64,000 nucleotides of DNA from an uncultured Bacteroidales bacterium (lineage in GTDB: Bacteria > Bacteroidota > Bacteroidia > Bacteroidales > UBA10428): positions 54,526 through 118,525 of the forward strand of contig CAZDCD010000009.1 in the NCBI GenBank assembly GCA_964503885.1, in the 5' to 3' direction. Every line of letters begins with the position of its first letter. The stretch's first letter is position 1. Both the position numbers and the translations under genes were made by a program. Below are positions 10,899 to 21,178 of the stretch, piece by piece. Below the pieces are notes generated by a model. It saw nothing but the letters and a program-made list of their open reading frames with translations, was not told the origin of the DNA and did no database searches.

Positions 10899-12020
10899 AT
10901 GGAAAAAAATTCCAGAATATACTTGGCAGGACATACAGGGCTGGTTGGCAGCAGCCTCATGAGAAATTTGGGGGAAAAAGGGTATTCGCATATCATTGCA
11001 CGGACTATTGACGAACTCGATCTGACAAACCAGCGGGAAGTGGCCCGGTTTTTTGAAAAGGAGAAGCCTGAATATGTTATGCTTGCCGCTGCCAAAGTGG
11101 GAGGTATAATAGCAAATAATACCTACAGGGGACAATTTATTTATGAAAACCTGATGATCCAGAACAATGTGATTCATTGCAGTTATCTGAGTAGGGTAAA
11201 AAAATTGCTGTTTTTAGGGAGTTCATGCATTTATCCGAAAGAGGCCCCGCAACCCCTTAAAGAAAAATACATGCTTACCGGGACCCTTGAATATACAAAC
11301 GAACCGTATGCCATTGCTAAGATTGCCGGCATTAAAATGTGTGAAAGTTATAACCTTCAGTACGGCACGAACTTTCTGGCCGTAATGCCCACAAACCTAT
11401 ACGGACCTAATGATAATTACGATCTCGAAAAATCGCATGTGCTGCCGGCTATAATACGTAAAATGCACCTGGGAAAGTGTTTAATAGAGAACGACTGGGA
11501 TGCCATACGAAAAGACTTTAATAAAAGACCGATCGAAGGTATAGACGGAAATTCCACATCTATAGAAATTGGTGAAAAGATGGAAAAATACGGGATTTTC
11601 AGGCATTCATCAGCAGATGCACCTGTTACAGTTAAGCTTTGGGGGTCAGGAGCACCCAGAAGAGAATTTCTGCACAGCGACGATCTGGCTGAAGCTTGTG
11701 TGTACATTATGGAGAACGTTGATTTTAAAGATACCATGAAACTCAAAGATCCACATGATATTACTTCACACGATAAGAATATTGAAATAAGAAATACGCA
11801 CATAAATATCGGAACAGGCAAAGATATTACTGTAAAGGAACTGGCCTTTCTGATCAAGGATATTGTAGGATTTGACGGAGTGATCGATTGGGATACTTCA
11901 AAACCCGATGGCACATTTCAGAAACTACTTAACGTAAAAAAAATCAACAAATTAGGCTGGAAAGAGCAAATATCGCTTGAAGATGGCATTCTGAAAATCT
12001 ACGAGGCATACAGAAGCTGA
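10899..12020 (+). CDS. fcl: GDP-L-fucose synthase
   Basis: IYLAGHTGLVGSSL, LAAAKVGGIIANN, LFLGSSCIYPK and NEPYAIAKIAG. The track start at 10866 is a TTG; I prefer the ATG at 10899 (MEKNSRIY). Carries an internal insertion of about 50 aa relative to E. coli Fcl. Confidence 0.9.
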   Translation: MEKNSRIYLAGHTGLVGSSLMRNLGEKGYSHIIARTIDELDLTNQREVARFFEKEKPEYVMLAAAKVGGIIANNTYRGQFIYENLMIQNNVIHCSYLSRVKKLLFLGSSCIYPKEAPQPLKEKYMLTGTLEYTNEPYAIAKIAGIKMCESYNLQYGTNFLAVMPTNLYGPNDNYDLEKSHVLPAIIRKMHLGKCLIENDWDAIRKDFNKRPIEGIDGNSTSIEIGEKMEKYGIFRHSSADAPVTVKLWGSGAPRREFLHSDDLAEACVYIMENVDFKDTMKLKDPHDITSHDKNIEIRNTHINIGTGKDITVKELAFLIKDIVGFDGVIDWDTSKPDGTFQKLLNVKKINKLGWKEQISLEDGILKIYEAYRS

Positions 12021-12053
12021 ATGACATCTCTTCCGGCGCTCACCAAAACCGGA

Positions 12054-13064
12054 TCAGCCGTTGTTGCTTGCAATCCATACAGTTGATCCCAACTCTGACC
12101 GGTATGTCCTCAGTTCATTCAGCGCTCTGGTTTTATTATCGAAAGTGTCAAGGACGACCCTGTAAAAATCGTTCCCGGTTTTTATAACAACCGGGTGATA
12201 GCCTTTCTTCCGCAATTCCTCGGCTTGCCTCATCGCAAGATGCTCAAGGAGAAAACTGCCTGCCACAATTTGATAATGTTCCTCTAGGCCTGAGCTCCTG
12301 TTATTGTAAACCTCCACCGGCTTAATCGCCGCCTGTGATCTTTCCCTGTATTGCAGCGCAGTTTGTTTTGAAGTGTTATCGCTTAGCTGTTCATCAATGG
12401 CTATCTGTGTACTGTCTTTTTTGGGAAGCTTCATCTGTCCGAATACGGTTTTATCGTTGTCATCCGAAGCAGATGCAGAGGGATTCCGTGTTTTTCCTGA
12501 TCCGTTAAAAAGATCAGTACCTAACATCAGCAAAACAAAGATGGTCAGCAGGGTAACAACAATGCCTATTATTAATACCGTTCCTGTCTTGTATGATTTC
12601 TTTTTTTCAATAATCCGTTCAGTACCTGCCTGTTCTTTCTTCTCAATATAGAGTTTCTTCTGTTTGAATGCAGAAAGACCGAACGAATCGATTAGGTAGT
12701 TTTCCGATTCAAATGGAAAAAAGATTAGCTTTTGATCATCAGTGTAGTTAAATGTTCCAATGCCATCAATAACGAATTGCTGACCGCCGGCAAGAGAAAC
12801 CGATAGTTTTTTAATAAATTCACCGATTGCCTGTTCGGCAGCTTCCGCAGGTATTTTTTCTTTAGTTGACACATAAGACACAAGAACCCCATTATCTTTC
12901 GTAAAGTCCTGCCTGAATATGATCTGTTTGGAGGGTGGGATAAACGACCCTGTATTCTTATCAACATATGCCGGTTTGTAATCGGTTTCAAATCCTCCGA
13001 AGCCCGGCAGAATAATACATTCGTTCCTAATTATCAATTCCTTTATGTACTTCGGTATGTCCAA
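12054..13064 (-). CDS. HU-like domain / transmembrane / SPOR-domain protein
   Basis: N-terminus (IKELIIRNECIILPGFGGFETDYKPA ... FVIDGIGTF) resembles the tandem HU-fold modules found in Bacteroidota SPOR proteins. One TM helix (TGTVLIIGIVVTLLTIFVLLML). C-terminal SPOR-like region (HYQIVAGSFLLEHLAMRQAEELRKKGYHPVVIKTGNDFYRVVLDTF). Confidence 0.75.
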   Translation of the reverse strand: MDIPKYIKELIIRNECIILPGFGGFETDYKPAYVDKNTGSFIPPSKQIIFRQDFTKDNGVLVSYVSTKEKIPAEAAEQAIGEFIKKLSVSLAGGQQFVIDGIGTFNYTDDQKLIFFPFESENYLIDSFGLSAFKQKKLYIEKKEQAGTERIIEKKKSYKTGTVLIIGIVVTLLTIFVLLMLGTDLFNGSGKTRNPSASASDDNDKTVFGQMKLPKKDSTQIAIDEQLSDNTSKQTALQYRERSQAAIKPVEVYNNRSSGLEEHYQIVAGSFLLEHLAMRQAEELRKKGYHPVVIKTGNDFYRVVLDTFDNKTRALNELRTYRSELGSTVWIASNNG

Positions 13065-13272
13065 CGGTCAATTCCTTTTAATGGTAACTCAACAAATTAG
13101 CTCAAAAATAATAAATAAATAATCAACGCTTCATTTTATGGATGTAAAGTTAAGGCGTATTAACCTTATAAATTATTAGGCAAATTCATTACCATACACT
13201 ATTTTAGCAATCCATTGAATGCTTTGGCAGCAAATTATTCATCCTGTTAAATTCAATACGAGTGCAAGCACC

Positions 13273-14409
13273 ATGAAAGAAATCCGAATGGTTGACCTGA
13301 AAACACAATACGATGTTTTAAAGCCCGAAATTTCAAAAGCCATTGAAGGTGTTCTTGAAAACACATCATTCATCAACGGGCCACAGGTTGCTAAATTTGA
13401 GAATGAGCTTGCTGATTACCTTGGTGTTCCATACGTGATTTCCTGTGCGAATGGAACTGACGCGCTTCAGATTGCTTTGATGGCTCTGGGGCTTCAACCC
13501 GGTGATGAAGTGATCACTCCGGATTTTACTTTTGTTTCTACCATTGAGGTAATTGCTCTGTTGGGATTAACCCCGGTAATCATGGATGTTGATGCCGACA
13601 CTTTTACGATTGATCCTGCATGCTTTGAAAAAGCCATAACGGGGAAAACCAGGGCCGTTATTCCTGTTCATTTATTCGGACAATGTGCCGGTATGAATGA
13701 CATTATGAAAATCGCTGCCAGGCATGGTATTGTTGTTATTGAAGATACGGCACAAGCTATGGGCGCCGACTTTTACAGATCTCCGGAGCACATTTTAAAA
13801 GCAGGAACCATCGGTCATGTGGGATGCACTTCATTCTTCCCGTCAAAAAATCTTGCCTGTTATGGTGATGGTGGTGCACTATTTTCAGGAGATAAGAATT
13901 TGGCGGAGAAATGCAGGATTATTGCCAATCATGGGATGAAAACAAAATATTACCACGACATGATTGGCGTAAATTCACGGCTGGATACGATACAGGCGGC
14001 AATCCTCAGCATTAAATTGAAGAATCTTGATGCGTATATTCAGGCCAGGCAGCGTACCGCGGCATTTTATGATGCCGCTTTATCGGATATTCCTAAAATA
14101 TCAATCCCTGTAAGAGCCAGGTATTCAAGCCATGTTTTTCATCAATACACCGTTAAACTGAATGTGCCGGAAAGGGAGGAACTGCAACATGACCTCCGGT
14201 TAAAGGGAATACCCACGATGATCTATTACCCTGTTCCCCTGCACCGGCAAAAGGCTTTTTCCTATCTCGGATGCCGGGATGAAGACTTTCCGGTGACCGA
14301 AGAATTGTGCCGGTCGGTGTTATCCCTTCCCATGCATACCGAGCTCGATGATGAACAGCTCACTTTCATTACAAATACAGTAAAAGATTATTTAACAGGG
14401 ACATCATGA
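13273..14409 (+). CDS. DegT/DnrJ/EryC1-family PLP aminotransferase, WbpE/PorR-like
   Basis: [32 protein letters not shown] and [17 protein letters not shown] (PLP lysine context). Start moved to the ATG at 13273 ([14 protein letters not shown]). Its 4-nt ATGA overlaps the following acetyltransferase gene. Confidence 0.85.
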   Translation: MKEIRMVDLKTQYDVLKPEISKAIEGVLENTSFINGPQVAKFENELADYLGVPYVISCANGTDALQIALMALGLQPGDEVITPDFTFVSTIEVIALLGLTPVIMDVDADTFTIDPACFEKAITGKTRAVIPVHLFGQCAGMNDIMKIAARHGIVVIEDTAQAMGADFYRSPEHILKAGTIGHVGCTSFFPSKNLACYGDGGALFSGDKNLAEKCRIIANHGMKTKYYHDMIGVNSRLDTIQAAILSIKLKNLDAYIQARQRTAAFYDAALSDIPKISIPVRARYSSHVFHQYTVKLNVPEREELQHDLRLKGIPTMIYYPVPLHRQKAFSYLGCRDEDFPVTEELCRSVLSLPMHTELDDEQLTFITNTVKDYLTGTS

Positions 14410-14981
14410 AACAGGAATTTTTTGCGCATGAGACCGCAGTAATTGATGCTGATTGCGATATCGGAAAGGGAGTAAAGATATGGCACTTTTGTCACATCAT
14501 GTCTGGCAGTAAGATCGGGGACAATTGCAATATCGGACAAAATGTGGTTGTATCTCCGGGAGTTGTCCTTGGAAGAAATGTAAAAGTGCAGAATAACGTT
14601 TCAGTATATACCGGTGTGGTATGCGAAGATGACGTTTTTTTAGGCCCTTCCATGGTTTTCACAAACATCGTTAATCCGAGAAGTGCCATCATGAGAAAAG
14701 GCCAATATGTTAAAACCCTGGTGCGGAAGGGGGCAACCATAGGTGCAAATGCGACAATACTTTGTGGAAACTCTATTGGCAGGTTTGCTTTTATCGGTGC
14801 CGGTGCTGTGGTAACCAGGGATGTGCCTTCCTATGCACTGGTGATTGGTAATCCGGCCCGGCAGGTTGGGTGGATGAGCGAATACGGACATAAGCTGGTT
14901 TTTGATGAGTCCGGAATTGCGGAATGTCCCGAAAGTAAGGAACGGTATGAACTCAGAAACAATGAAGTGGTAAAAGTATAA
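14406..14981 (+). CDS. Hexapeptide-repeat N-acetyltransferase, WbpD-like
   Basis: Left-handed beta-helix repeats ([50 protein letters not shown]) and a C-terminal [17 protein letters not shown]. 191 aa, translationally coupled to the aminotransferase. Confidence 0.8.
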   Translation: MKQEFFAHETAVIDADCDIGKGVKIWHFCHIMSGSKIGDNCNIGQNVVVSPGVVLGRNVKVQNNVSVYTGVVCEDDVFLGPSMVFTNIVNPRSAIMRKGQYVKTLVRKGATIGANATILCGNSIGRFAFIGAGAVVTRDVPSYALVIGNPARQVGWMSEYGHKLVFDESGIAECPESKERYELRNNEVVKV

Positions 14982-14997
14982 ATACCAGGAGATACCA

Positions 14998-16023
14998 ATG
15001 AAAACACAGATCCTTTTAACCGGCGGAACAGGATACATCGGCTCTCATACCGCAGTGGAACTGATTGAAGCCGGATTTGAGACGATTATTGTGGACAATC
15101 TGTCCAATTCAAAGATAGATGTGCTTAATGGCATCGAAAAAATTACAGGTGTCAGACCCCGTTTTGAGAATTTTGATTTATGCGATAAGGCCAGAGTGAG
15201 CAATTTCTGCTCTGCAAATCCCGATATTAAGGCCATTATTCACTTTGCTGCCCTGAAAGCTGTCGGCGAATCGGTTGAAAAACCACTTGAATACTATTTC
15301 AACAATATTGTTTCACTGCTCAACCTGTTATCTGCAATGCATGAATATGAAATCCCGGATTTGGTTTTTTCATCGTCGTGCACGGTATACGGACTACCAG
15401 ACATACTGCCCGTAACAGAATATTCACCCGTCAAAAAAGCAAATTCTCCCTACGGCAATACAAAACAGATCTCAGAGGAAATTATTGCAGATACCCTTCA
15501 TGCATGTACAAATTTAAATGGTATATCGCTCAGGTATTTCAATCCGATCGGAGCCCATAAATCGGCGTTGATCGGGGAACTGCCCCTGGGTATTCCTTTA
15601 AATCTGGTGCCTTTTCTAACCCAGACTGCCATAGGCGTAAGAAAGGAATTGCTTGTATACGGAAACGATTACAACACCCATGACGGCACCGGTGTAAGGG
15701 ATTATATTAATGTCGTTGATCTGGCCAGGGCACATGTTGTTGCGGTTTCCAGATTGCTCGGCGGAAAAAATAAGAAACAATACGAGGTGTTTAACCTTGG
15801 AACAGGAAAAGGATTATCGGTCATGGATATTATCAATACCTTCAGGAAAGTAACGGGTCAGAAGATAAACTTTCGCATTGTAAACCGCAGACCCGGTGAT
15901 ATCGACATGGTATATGCAGATACAACTCAGGCAAATACAGAACTTGGCTGGAAGGCTGAAATTCCCCTTGAGGAGACCTTACTGTCGGCCTGGAACTGGG
16001 AGAGAAATATACACAACACCTGA
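14998..16023 (+). CDS. galE: UDP-glucose 4-epimerase
   Basis: ILLTGGTGYIGSHTAVELIEAGFE, SSSCTVYG, SPYGNTKQ and RYFNPIGAH. 341 aa. Confidence 0.9.
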   Translation: MKTQILLTGGTGYIGSHTAVELIEAGFETIIVDNLSNSKIDVLNGIEKITGVRPRFENFDLCDKARVSNFCSANPDIKAIIHFAALKAVGESVEKPLEYYFNNIVSLLNLLSAMHEYEIPDLVFSSSCTVYGLPDILPVTEYSPVKKANSPYGNTKQISEEIIADTLHACTNLNGISLRYFNPIGAHKSALIGELPLGIPLNLVPFLTQTAIGVRKELLVYGNDYNTHDGTGVRDYINVVDLARAHVVAVSRLLGGKNKKQYEVFNLGTGKGLSVMDIINTFRKVTGQKINFRIVNRRPGDIDMVYADTTQANTELGWKAEIPLEETLLSAWNWERNIHNT

Positions 16024-16043
16024 TATATAAACTGAATTGCCGA

Positions 16044-17102
16044 ATGGTTAAAAAAACACTTTTAATTACAGGAGGGGCCGGGTTTATCGGTTCACATGTT
16101 GTACGACTATTTGTGAATAAATATCCAAAATATAAGATCGTCAATCTTGATAAGCTTACCTATGCCGGAAATCTAGAGAACTTATCCGACCTTGAACAAA
16201 AACCAAATTATGAATTCATAAAAGGCGACATCTGTGATGCATCATTTATTGATGAACTCATCTCCAGGTTACCCTTCGATGGCATTATTCACCTTGCTGC
16301 AGAATCTCATGTCGACAGGTCAATCAGTGATCCGAGTGAGTTTATCCGCACGAATGTGTTAGGAACTGTCAACCTGCTGAATGCAGCCAGGAAAAGCTGG
16401 GATAAAAACCTGTCAGGAAAAGTATTTTATCATATTTCAACCGACGAGGTATATGGTTCAGCCGAAGAAGGAACCTACTTCACCGAATCAACAGTATATG
16501 ACCCGGGTAGCCCATATTCTGCATCCAAAGCAAGCTCCGACCATTTTGTCATGGCCTATTGCAACACCTACAAAATCCCTGTTATCGTTTCCAATTGCAG
16601 CAATAATTACGGCCCGAACCAGTTCCCTGAAAAACTGATACCGTTATGCATTAACAACATAAAGAACAACAATACCATACCAGTCTACGGTAAAGGTGAA
16701 AATATACGGGACTGGCTATACGTGGAAGATCATGCGCATGCCATTGATGTGATTTTTCATTCAGGAAAAGCAGGTGATAGGTATAACATCGGGGGCAACA
16801 ATGAGTGGAAAAATATCAATGTGATCCATCTTTTATGTGAAATCCTGGATCAAAGGCTCAAAAGAGCTCCCGGTTCATCGAGCAAATTAATTTCATTTGT
16901 TACGGACAGGGCAGGACATGATATGCGGTATGCAATCGATTCCTCAAAATTGCAAAATACCCTTGGGTGGAAACCCTCTGTGTCTTTCGAGGAAGGCCTT
17001 GAGGTGACAGTTGATTGGTATCTGTCAAACGAGGCATGGCTTGAGCATGTTCTTTCTGGAGCATATGAGAAATACTACGAAATGCAATACGTGCAGCGGT
17101 AA
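16044..17102 (+). CDS. rfbB: dTDP-glucose 4,6-dehydratase
   Basis: LLITGGAGFIGSHVV, NLDKLTYAGNLENL, HLAAESHVDRSI, STDEVYG and SPYSASKASSDH. 352 aa. No rfbA, rfbC or rfbD is present in the window. Confidence 0.9.
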   Translation: MVKKTLLITGGAGFIGSHVVRLFVNKYPKYKIVNLDKLTYAGNLENLSDLEQKPNYEFIKGDICDASFIDELISRLPFDGIIHLAAESHVDRSISDPSEFIRTNVLGTVNLLNAARKSWDKNLSGKVFYHISTDEVYGSAEEGTYFTESTVYDPGSPYSASKASSDHFVMAYCNTYKIPVIVSNCSNNYGPNQFPEKLIPLCINNIKNNNTIPVYGKGENIRDWLYVEDHAHAIDVIFHSGKAGDRYNIGGNNEWKNINVIHLLCEILDQRLKRAPGSSSKLISFVTDRAGHDMRYAIDSSKLQNTLGWKPSVSFEEGLEVTVDWYLSNEAWLEHVLSGAYEKYYEMQYVQR

Positions 17103-18938
17103 TTACTCAACAGTCACCGATTTGGCCAGGTTCCGGGGCTGATCGACATTGCACCCCCTCATAACAGCAATATGGTAGGAAAGCAGTTGTAAAGGAATTA
17201 CCGCCAGCAGCGGAGAAAATATTGCTTCGGTATTCGGAATTTCGAGCACATGGTCAGCCATTTCCTTAATAATGGTATCCCCTTCGGTAACAATAGCGAT
17301 AACTATTCCGTTTCGGGCCTTGACCTCCTGAATATTGCTTACAATTTTATCGTACGATGAGTCTTTGGCTGCAATCACCACTACAGGCATATTCTGATCG
17401 ATAAGAGCAATAGGGCCATGCTTCATTTCGGCAGCCGGATAACCTTCTGCGTGAATATAAGAGATCTCCTTCAATTTTAATGCACCTTCAAGGGCAACCG
17501 GGAAAAAATATCCCCTGCCCAGGTACAGAAAATTATTGGCATGCTTGTACAAACCGGCTATTTTCTTAAAGTCTTTGTCAAAAGCCAGTATTTTCTTAAT
17601 TTTCGATGGGATAAGGGTCAGGTCTTTAATTAAGGTCAGGTATTGCTTGTTGGCAATAATGTTCTTTTTTTTGCCGATGAGAATTGCCATCATGGCCAAT
17701 ACTGTAACCTGGGCTGTAAATGCCTTGGTTGATGCAACTCCGATTTCAGGGCCTGCATGGGTGTAAACCCCGGCATCGGTTTCCCTGGGAATGCTGGAAC
17801 CAACAACATTGCAGATCCCAAGAACCAGGGCTCCCGCCTGTTTAGCCAGCTTTATTGCAGCCAGAGTATCCGCTGTCTCACCACTCTGGCTAATAGCAAT
17901 AATAATATCGTCTTTAGTAATGATCGGGTTGCGGTAACGAAATTCCGATGCATACTCAACTTCGGTAGAGATCCTTGCCAGGTCCTCAAACAGGTATTCA
18001 CCAACAAGTCCGGCATGCCATGATGTACCGCAGCCGATAATTATAATTCGCTTGGCCTCGACAAGCCGGGGCATCACATGGTACAATCCCCCGAGATGCA
18101 GGTTCGAAAGATCAGGTGTAACGCGCCCCCTGAAGGTATCCAGGATGGAGCGGGGCTGTTCAAAGATCTCTTTGAGCATGAAATGTTCATATCCGTTTTT
18201 ATCAATTTCTCCGATATCCAGGTCAAGCTGATGGATTACAGGTGTCTGGCGATCGTTCTTAATCGTTTTGAGTACCAACTCTCCTTTTGTCAGAATGGCT
18301 ACATCGTCATCGTTCAGATAAATTACGCTTTTGGTATATTCAACAATAGGTGTGGCATCCGATGCCAGAAAATATTCTTCATTCCCGACGCCGATAACCA
18401 GGGGACTTCCCTTCCTGGCTGCGATAAGCTTATCGGGTTCATCGGTACACATGATCACAAGTCCGTAAGCGCCGATCACTTTTGATAATGCAAGCCTTAC
18501 AGCCATCTCCGCATTTACCTGCCCTTTGAGATAAATGTATTCGATGAGATTTACCAGGACTTCGGAATCGGTTTCACTCTTAAAGGTAACTCCGCGGTGT
18601 TCAAGGCGCTCTTTTAAACGGGCATAGTTTTCGACGATTCCGTTATGAATCAGCACAAACTTACCATGCATGGAAACGTGCGGATGTGCATTTACATCAT
18701 TGGGCTCACCATGCGTAGCCCACCGGGTATGACCGATACCTATCGAACCTGAAAGATCCTTTCCCCTGGTATGATTCTCAAGATCACTAACTTTACCCCG
18801 GCATTTGAAAAGTTTAAGTGATGTATTCATTATGGAGATGCCTGCCGAATCATAGCCACGGTATTCAAGACGTTTCAACCCGTTCATAAGGACCGGAAAG
18901 ACTTCCCTGTCACCAATATAACCAACAATGCCGCACAT
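17103..18938 (-). CDS. glmS: Glutamine--fructose-6-phosphate aminotransferase
   Basis: N-terminal MCGIVGYIG (Ntn amidotransferase Cys2), two SIS domains and C-terminal DQPRNLAKSVTVE. 611 aa. Confidence 0.97.
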   Translation of the reverse strand: MCGIVGYIGDREVFPVLMNGLKRLEYRGYDSAGISIMNTSLKLFKCRGKVSDLENHTRGKDLSGSIGIGHTRWATHGEPNDVNAHPHVSMHGKFVLIHNGIVENYARLKERLEHRGVTFKSETDSEVLVNLIEYIYLKGQVNAEMAVRLALSKVIGAYGLVIMCTDEPDKLIAARKGSPLVIGVGNEEYFLASDATPIVEYTKSVIYLNDDDVAILTKGELVLKTIKNDRQTPVIHQLDLDIGEIDKNGYEHFMLKEIFEQPRSILDTFRGRVTPDLSNLHLGGLYHVMPRLVEAKRIIIIGCGTSWHAGLVGEYLFEDLARISTEVEYASEFRYRNPIITKDDIIIAISQSGETADTLAAIKLAKQAGALVLGICNVVGSSIPRETDAGVYTHAGPEIGVASTKAFTAQVTVLAMMAILIGKKKNIIANKQYLTLIKDLTLIPSKIKKILAFDKDFKKIAGLYKHANNFLYLGRGYFFPVALEGALKLKEISYIHAEGYPAAEMKHGPIALIDQNMPVVVIAAKDSSYDKIVSNIQEVKARNGIVIAIVTEGDTIIKEMADHVLEIPNTEAIFSPLLAVIPLQLLSYHIAVMRGCNVDQPRNLAKSVTVE

Positions 18939-18946
18939 AACATAAA

Positions 18947-20332
18947 TTATAAAATAGTATATGCCAGTTTAAACGTAATTTTCCGATTAGGGTTTGTTCC
19001 GCTGCCTAAAATAACCCTGTTTAAATCGGCTGCGCTGAAATCGGTATGTCCCAGACCCGTATTTAACCAGGCAGAATAAAGCCTGAAGGATGTTACTGAT
19101 TCGTTGTCGTCGTCGAAAAAATTCTGCATAGCTTTGGTCAGGTAAAAATCAAATCCCCTCCTAGAATAATTAAACCTGCCGTTAAGGTGTGTGCCAGTCA
19201 CAGCCGTACTATAGCTTGAATATTGATACAAAATATCATCGGCGATATACATGTCGTCACCGTCACCTGTCTTTCGCAATCCAAGCTGCATCGTAACCGG
19301 AAAGTCGACTAGATCAGCGCTGTCAACAAAAGCCGGAATGAAAAGTTCGGCTTTATTAACAAGGATTTTTCCAAGCTGCTGTTTAAGTTCATCCAGGCCG
19401 GAAATATCAATTATACCCTGGGTCCCTCCCATCGATTCTATGTAAATGGCCGTATCCTGAACATTAAAGTCGTTCAGATGGGGTATATTTCCGGTACTGT
19501 AATCATGCATGAATATACCTACATTCTGATCACGTGAAGTACCGTATGATCCGTTGTCATATATAAAAATATACGATACTGTATCCGGATCTGATCCGGT
19601 ATGGTACTGGAGTTTCAATGCGATATTGTTGGTGGTGATAATACTACCGTTGAAATCCGGACAGAGGGCCTTCACATACAATCCGTAAAATCTTGAATCA
19701 AATGCCGAATCGTTTTCAAAGAACAATGAATCGAATGCTATAGCCGGTTCAAGAAGGCTGTATCCGAATGCATTCGAAAGCTGTGTGGTCAGTTCAAGGG
19801 TATCGGTAAGCATAACCTCTGAAACGGCCAGGTTTGGACCACCAGTCATCCCTGCTGGATCTGTATCGGAATAATATACAAGAGAATCGATAAGCGGCGA
19901 AGTCAGCTCATAAACCTCGAACTGCGGCACATAGAATGTATCTCCTACCATTCCTGAGTAACTAATGATCAGGTGCACAGAGTCAATGAAAATATCTTCA
20001 CCAAAGGGTATGTTGTCCAGCGGAAATGTAGGAGTCAGTTCAATCATGAAATCGGACTTGAAATTTCCAAAAACAGGATCGTAATAACAACCCAGACTTA
20101 CCACCGTCTTATTTGATGAAACAATGCGCTCCGGACCGATTGTATATGCATCGACCTGAAACGAGTCAATCCGGACATCAGGATTGTCTTCATCGGGAAG
20201 CAGACCCAGGCCCAGTTGGCTTGGATCTTCATTACAGCTTAAAAAAATTCCTGAAATAACAAGTACTTGAAGAAGAACCAGTGAAACTGAAAAGATGTGA
20301 AGTCTTTTTCGCGAAAGCAACGGATTAGTCAT
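18947..20332 (-). CDS. Large lipoprotein of unknown function (DUF4270-like)
   Basis: Signal peptide plus lipobox (VISGIFLSCNEDP). 461 aa with no catalytic motif recognised. The position between a short GlgA-like gene and glmS matches the synteny I recall for DUF4270 proteins. The family assignment is from memory, not a search. Confidence 0.6.
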   Translation of the reverse strand: MTNPLLSRKRLHIFSVSLVLLQVLVISGIFLSCNEDPSQLGLGLLPDEDNPDVRIDSFQVDAYTIGPERIVSSNKTVVSLGCYYDPVFGNFKSDFMIELTPTFPLDNIPFGEDIFIDSVHLIISYSGMVGDTFYVPQFEVYELTSPLIDSLVYYSDTDPAGMTGGPNLAVSEVMLTDTLELTTQLSNAFGYSLLEPAIAFDSLFFENDSAFDSRFYGLYVKALCPDFNGSIITTNNIALKLQYHTGSDPDTVSYIFIYDNGSYGTSRDQNVGIFMHDYSTGNIPHLNDFNVQDTAIYIESMGGTQGIIDISGLDELKQQLGKILVNKAELFIPAFVDSADLVDFPVTMQLGLRKTGDGDDMYIADDILYQYSSYSTAVTGTHLNGRFNYSRRGFDFYLTKAMQNFFDDDNESVTSFRLYSAWLNTGLGHTDFSAADLNRVILGSGTNPNRKITFKLAYTIL

Positions 20333-21146
20333 TAACAGTGGCTGTTAAAATTTTATTATAAAACTCAGAATAAGCATCAACATATTGTTCGGAATCCTGA
20401 TAAGGCAAATAGTATTTACCCGACCCGATAATATATTTTTCAACTTCTTTATGAATCTGTTTGCTGCCGATTATTATTCCGTCCGCTATGTTCACAGCAA
20501 GCTTGCTGAGATTTTCATAAGTCGGGCTGGTTATAATTTTCAGATTGTTCTTATCAATCCCTTCCATTTCGAGCTTATTCTTCAACGTGTTATTTAGCGG
20601 CTTATTGTACTCATCATTGTAAACAGATACAATCACCCGCGAGTCCATAAACAACGGGTCATCATAATACACTTTCTTAATGTACAGGGGAAGAAGATCG
20701 GTAAACCAGCCATGACAATGAATGATGTCAGGTGCCCATTGCAACTTTCTCACAGTTTCAATAACTCCCCGTGCAAAGAAAATAGCCCTTTCATCGTTAT
20801 CGGGAAAAGGATTGTTTTCATCATCATGTACCGTATATTTTCGTTGAAAATAATCTTCGTTATCGATAAAATAAACCTGCATTCTTGCAGCCTGAATAGA
20901 TGCCACTTTTATGATTAACGGATGATCATTATCGTTAATGATGATATTCATCCCGGAAAGCCGTATAACCTCATGCAGCTGGTTGCGCCTTTCATTAATG
21001 CAACCATATTTCGGCATGAACGTGCGTATCTCCCTGCCCCGGTCCTGGATAGCCTGGGGAAGGTTCCTGGCGATTAAAGCCATTTCTGATTCCGGTAAAT
21101 AAGGAGTAATTTCCTGAGCTACGTACAATACTTTGATATCTTGCAT
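20325..21146 (-). CDS. Short glycogen-synthase-like protein (GT5 N-terminal half only)
   Basis: MQDIKVLYVAQEITPYLPESEMALIARNLP aligns with the GlgA N-terminus, and HCHGWFT corresponds to the GlgA HAHDW motif. The protein ends at 273 aa. Start moved from 21203 to the ATG at 21146. Overlaps the next ORF by 8 nt. Confidence 0.75.
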   Translation of the reverse strand: MQDIKVLYVAQEITPYLPESEMALIARNLPQAIQDRGREIRTFMPKYGCINERRNQLHEVIRLSGMNIIINDNDHPLIIKVASIQAARMQVYFIDNEDYFQRKYTVHDDENNPFPDNDERAIFFARGVIETVRKLQWAPDIIHCHGWFTDLLPLYIKKVYYDDPLFMDSRVIVSVYNDEYNKPLNNTLKNKLEMEGIDKNNLKIITSPTYENLSKLAVNIADGIIIGSKQIHKEVEKYIIGSGKYYLPYQDSEQYVDAYSEFYNKILTATVND

Positions 21147-21178
21147 TCTTGTATTGCTATGGTTTTTCAAACAATGTG

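Noticed and set aside
11480-11640. Insertion of about 50 aa in Fcl (373 aa against about 321 in E. coli)
   Set aside because: As far as I recall, Bacteroides-type GDP-fucose synthases are similarly long, so this is probably a lineage-typical insertion rather than a novelty.
11417-11914. 165-aa antisense ORF within fcl
   Set aside because: It is antisense to a well-supported SDR-family gene. Its composition is Ser/Ile/Phe-rich and it has no homology signal.
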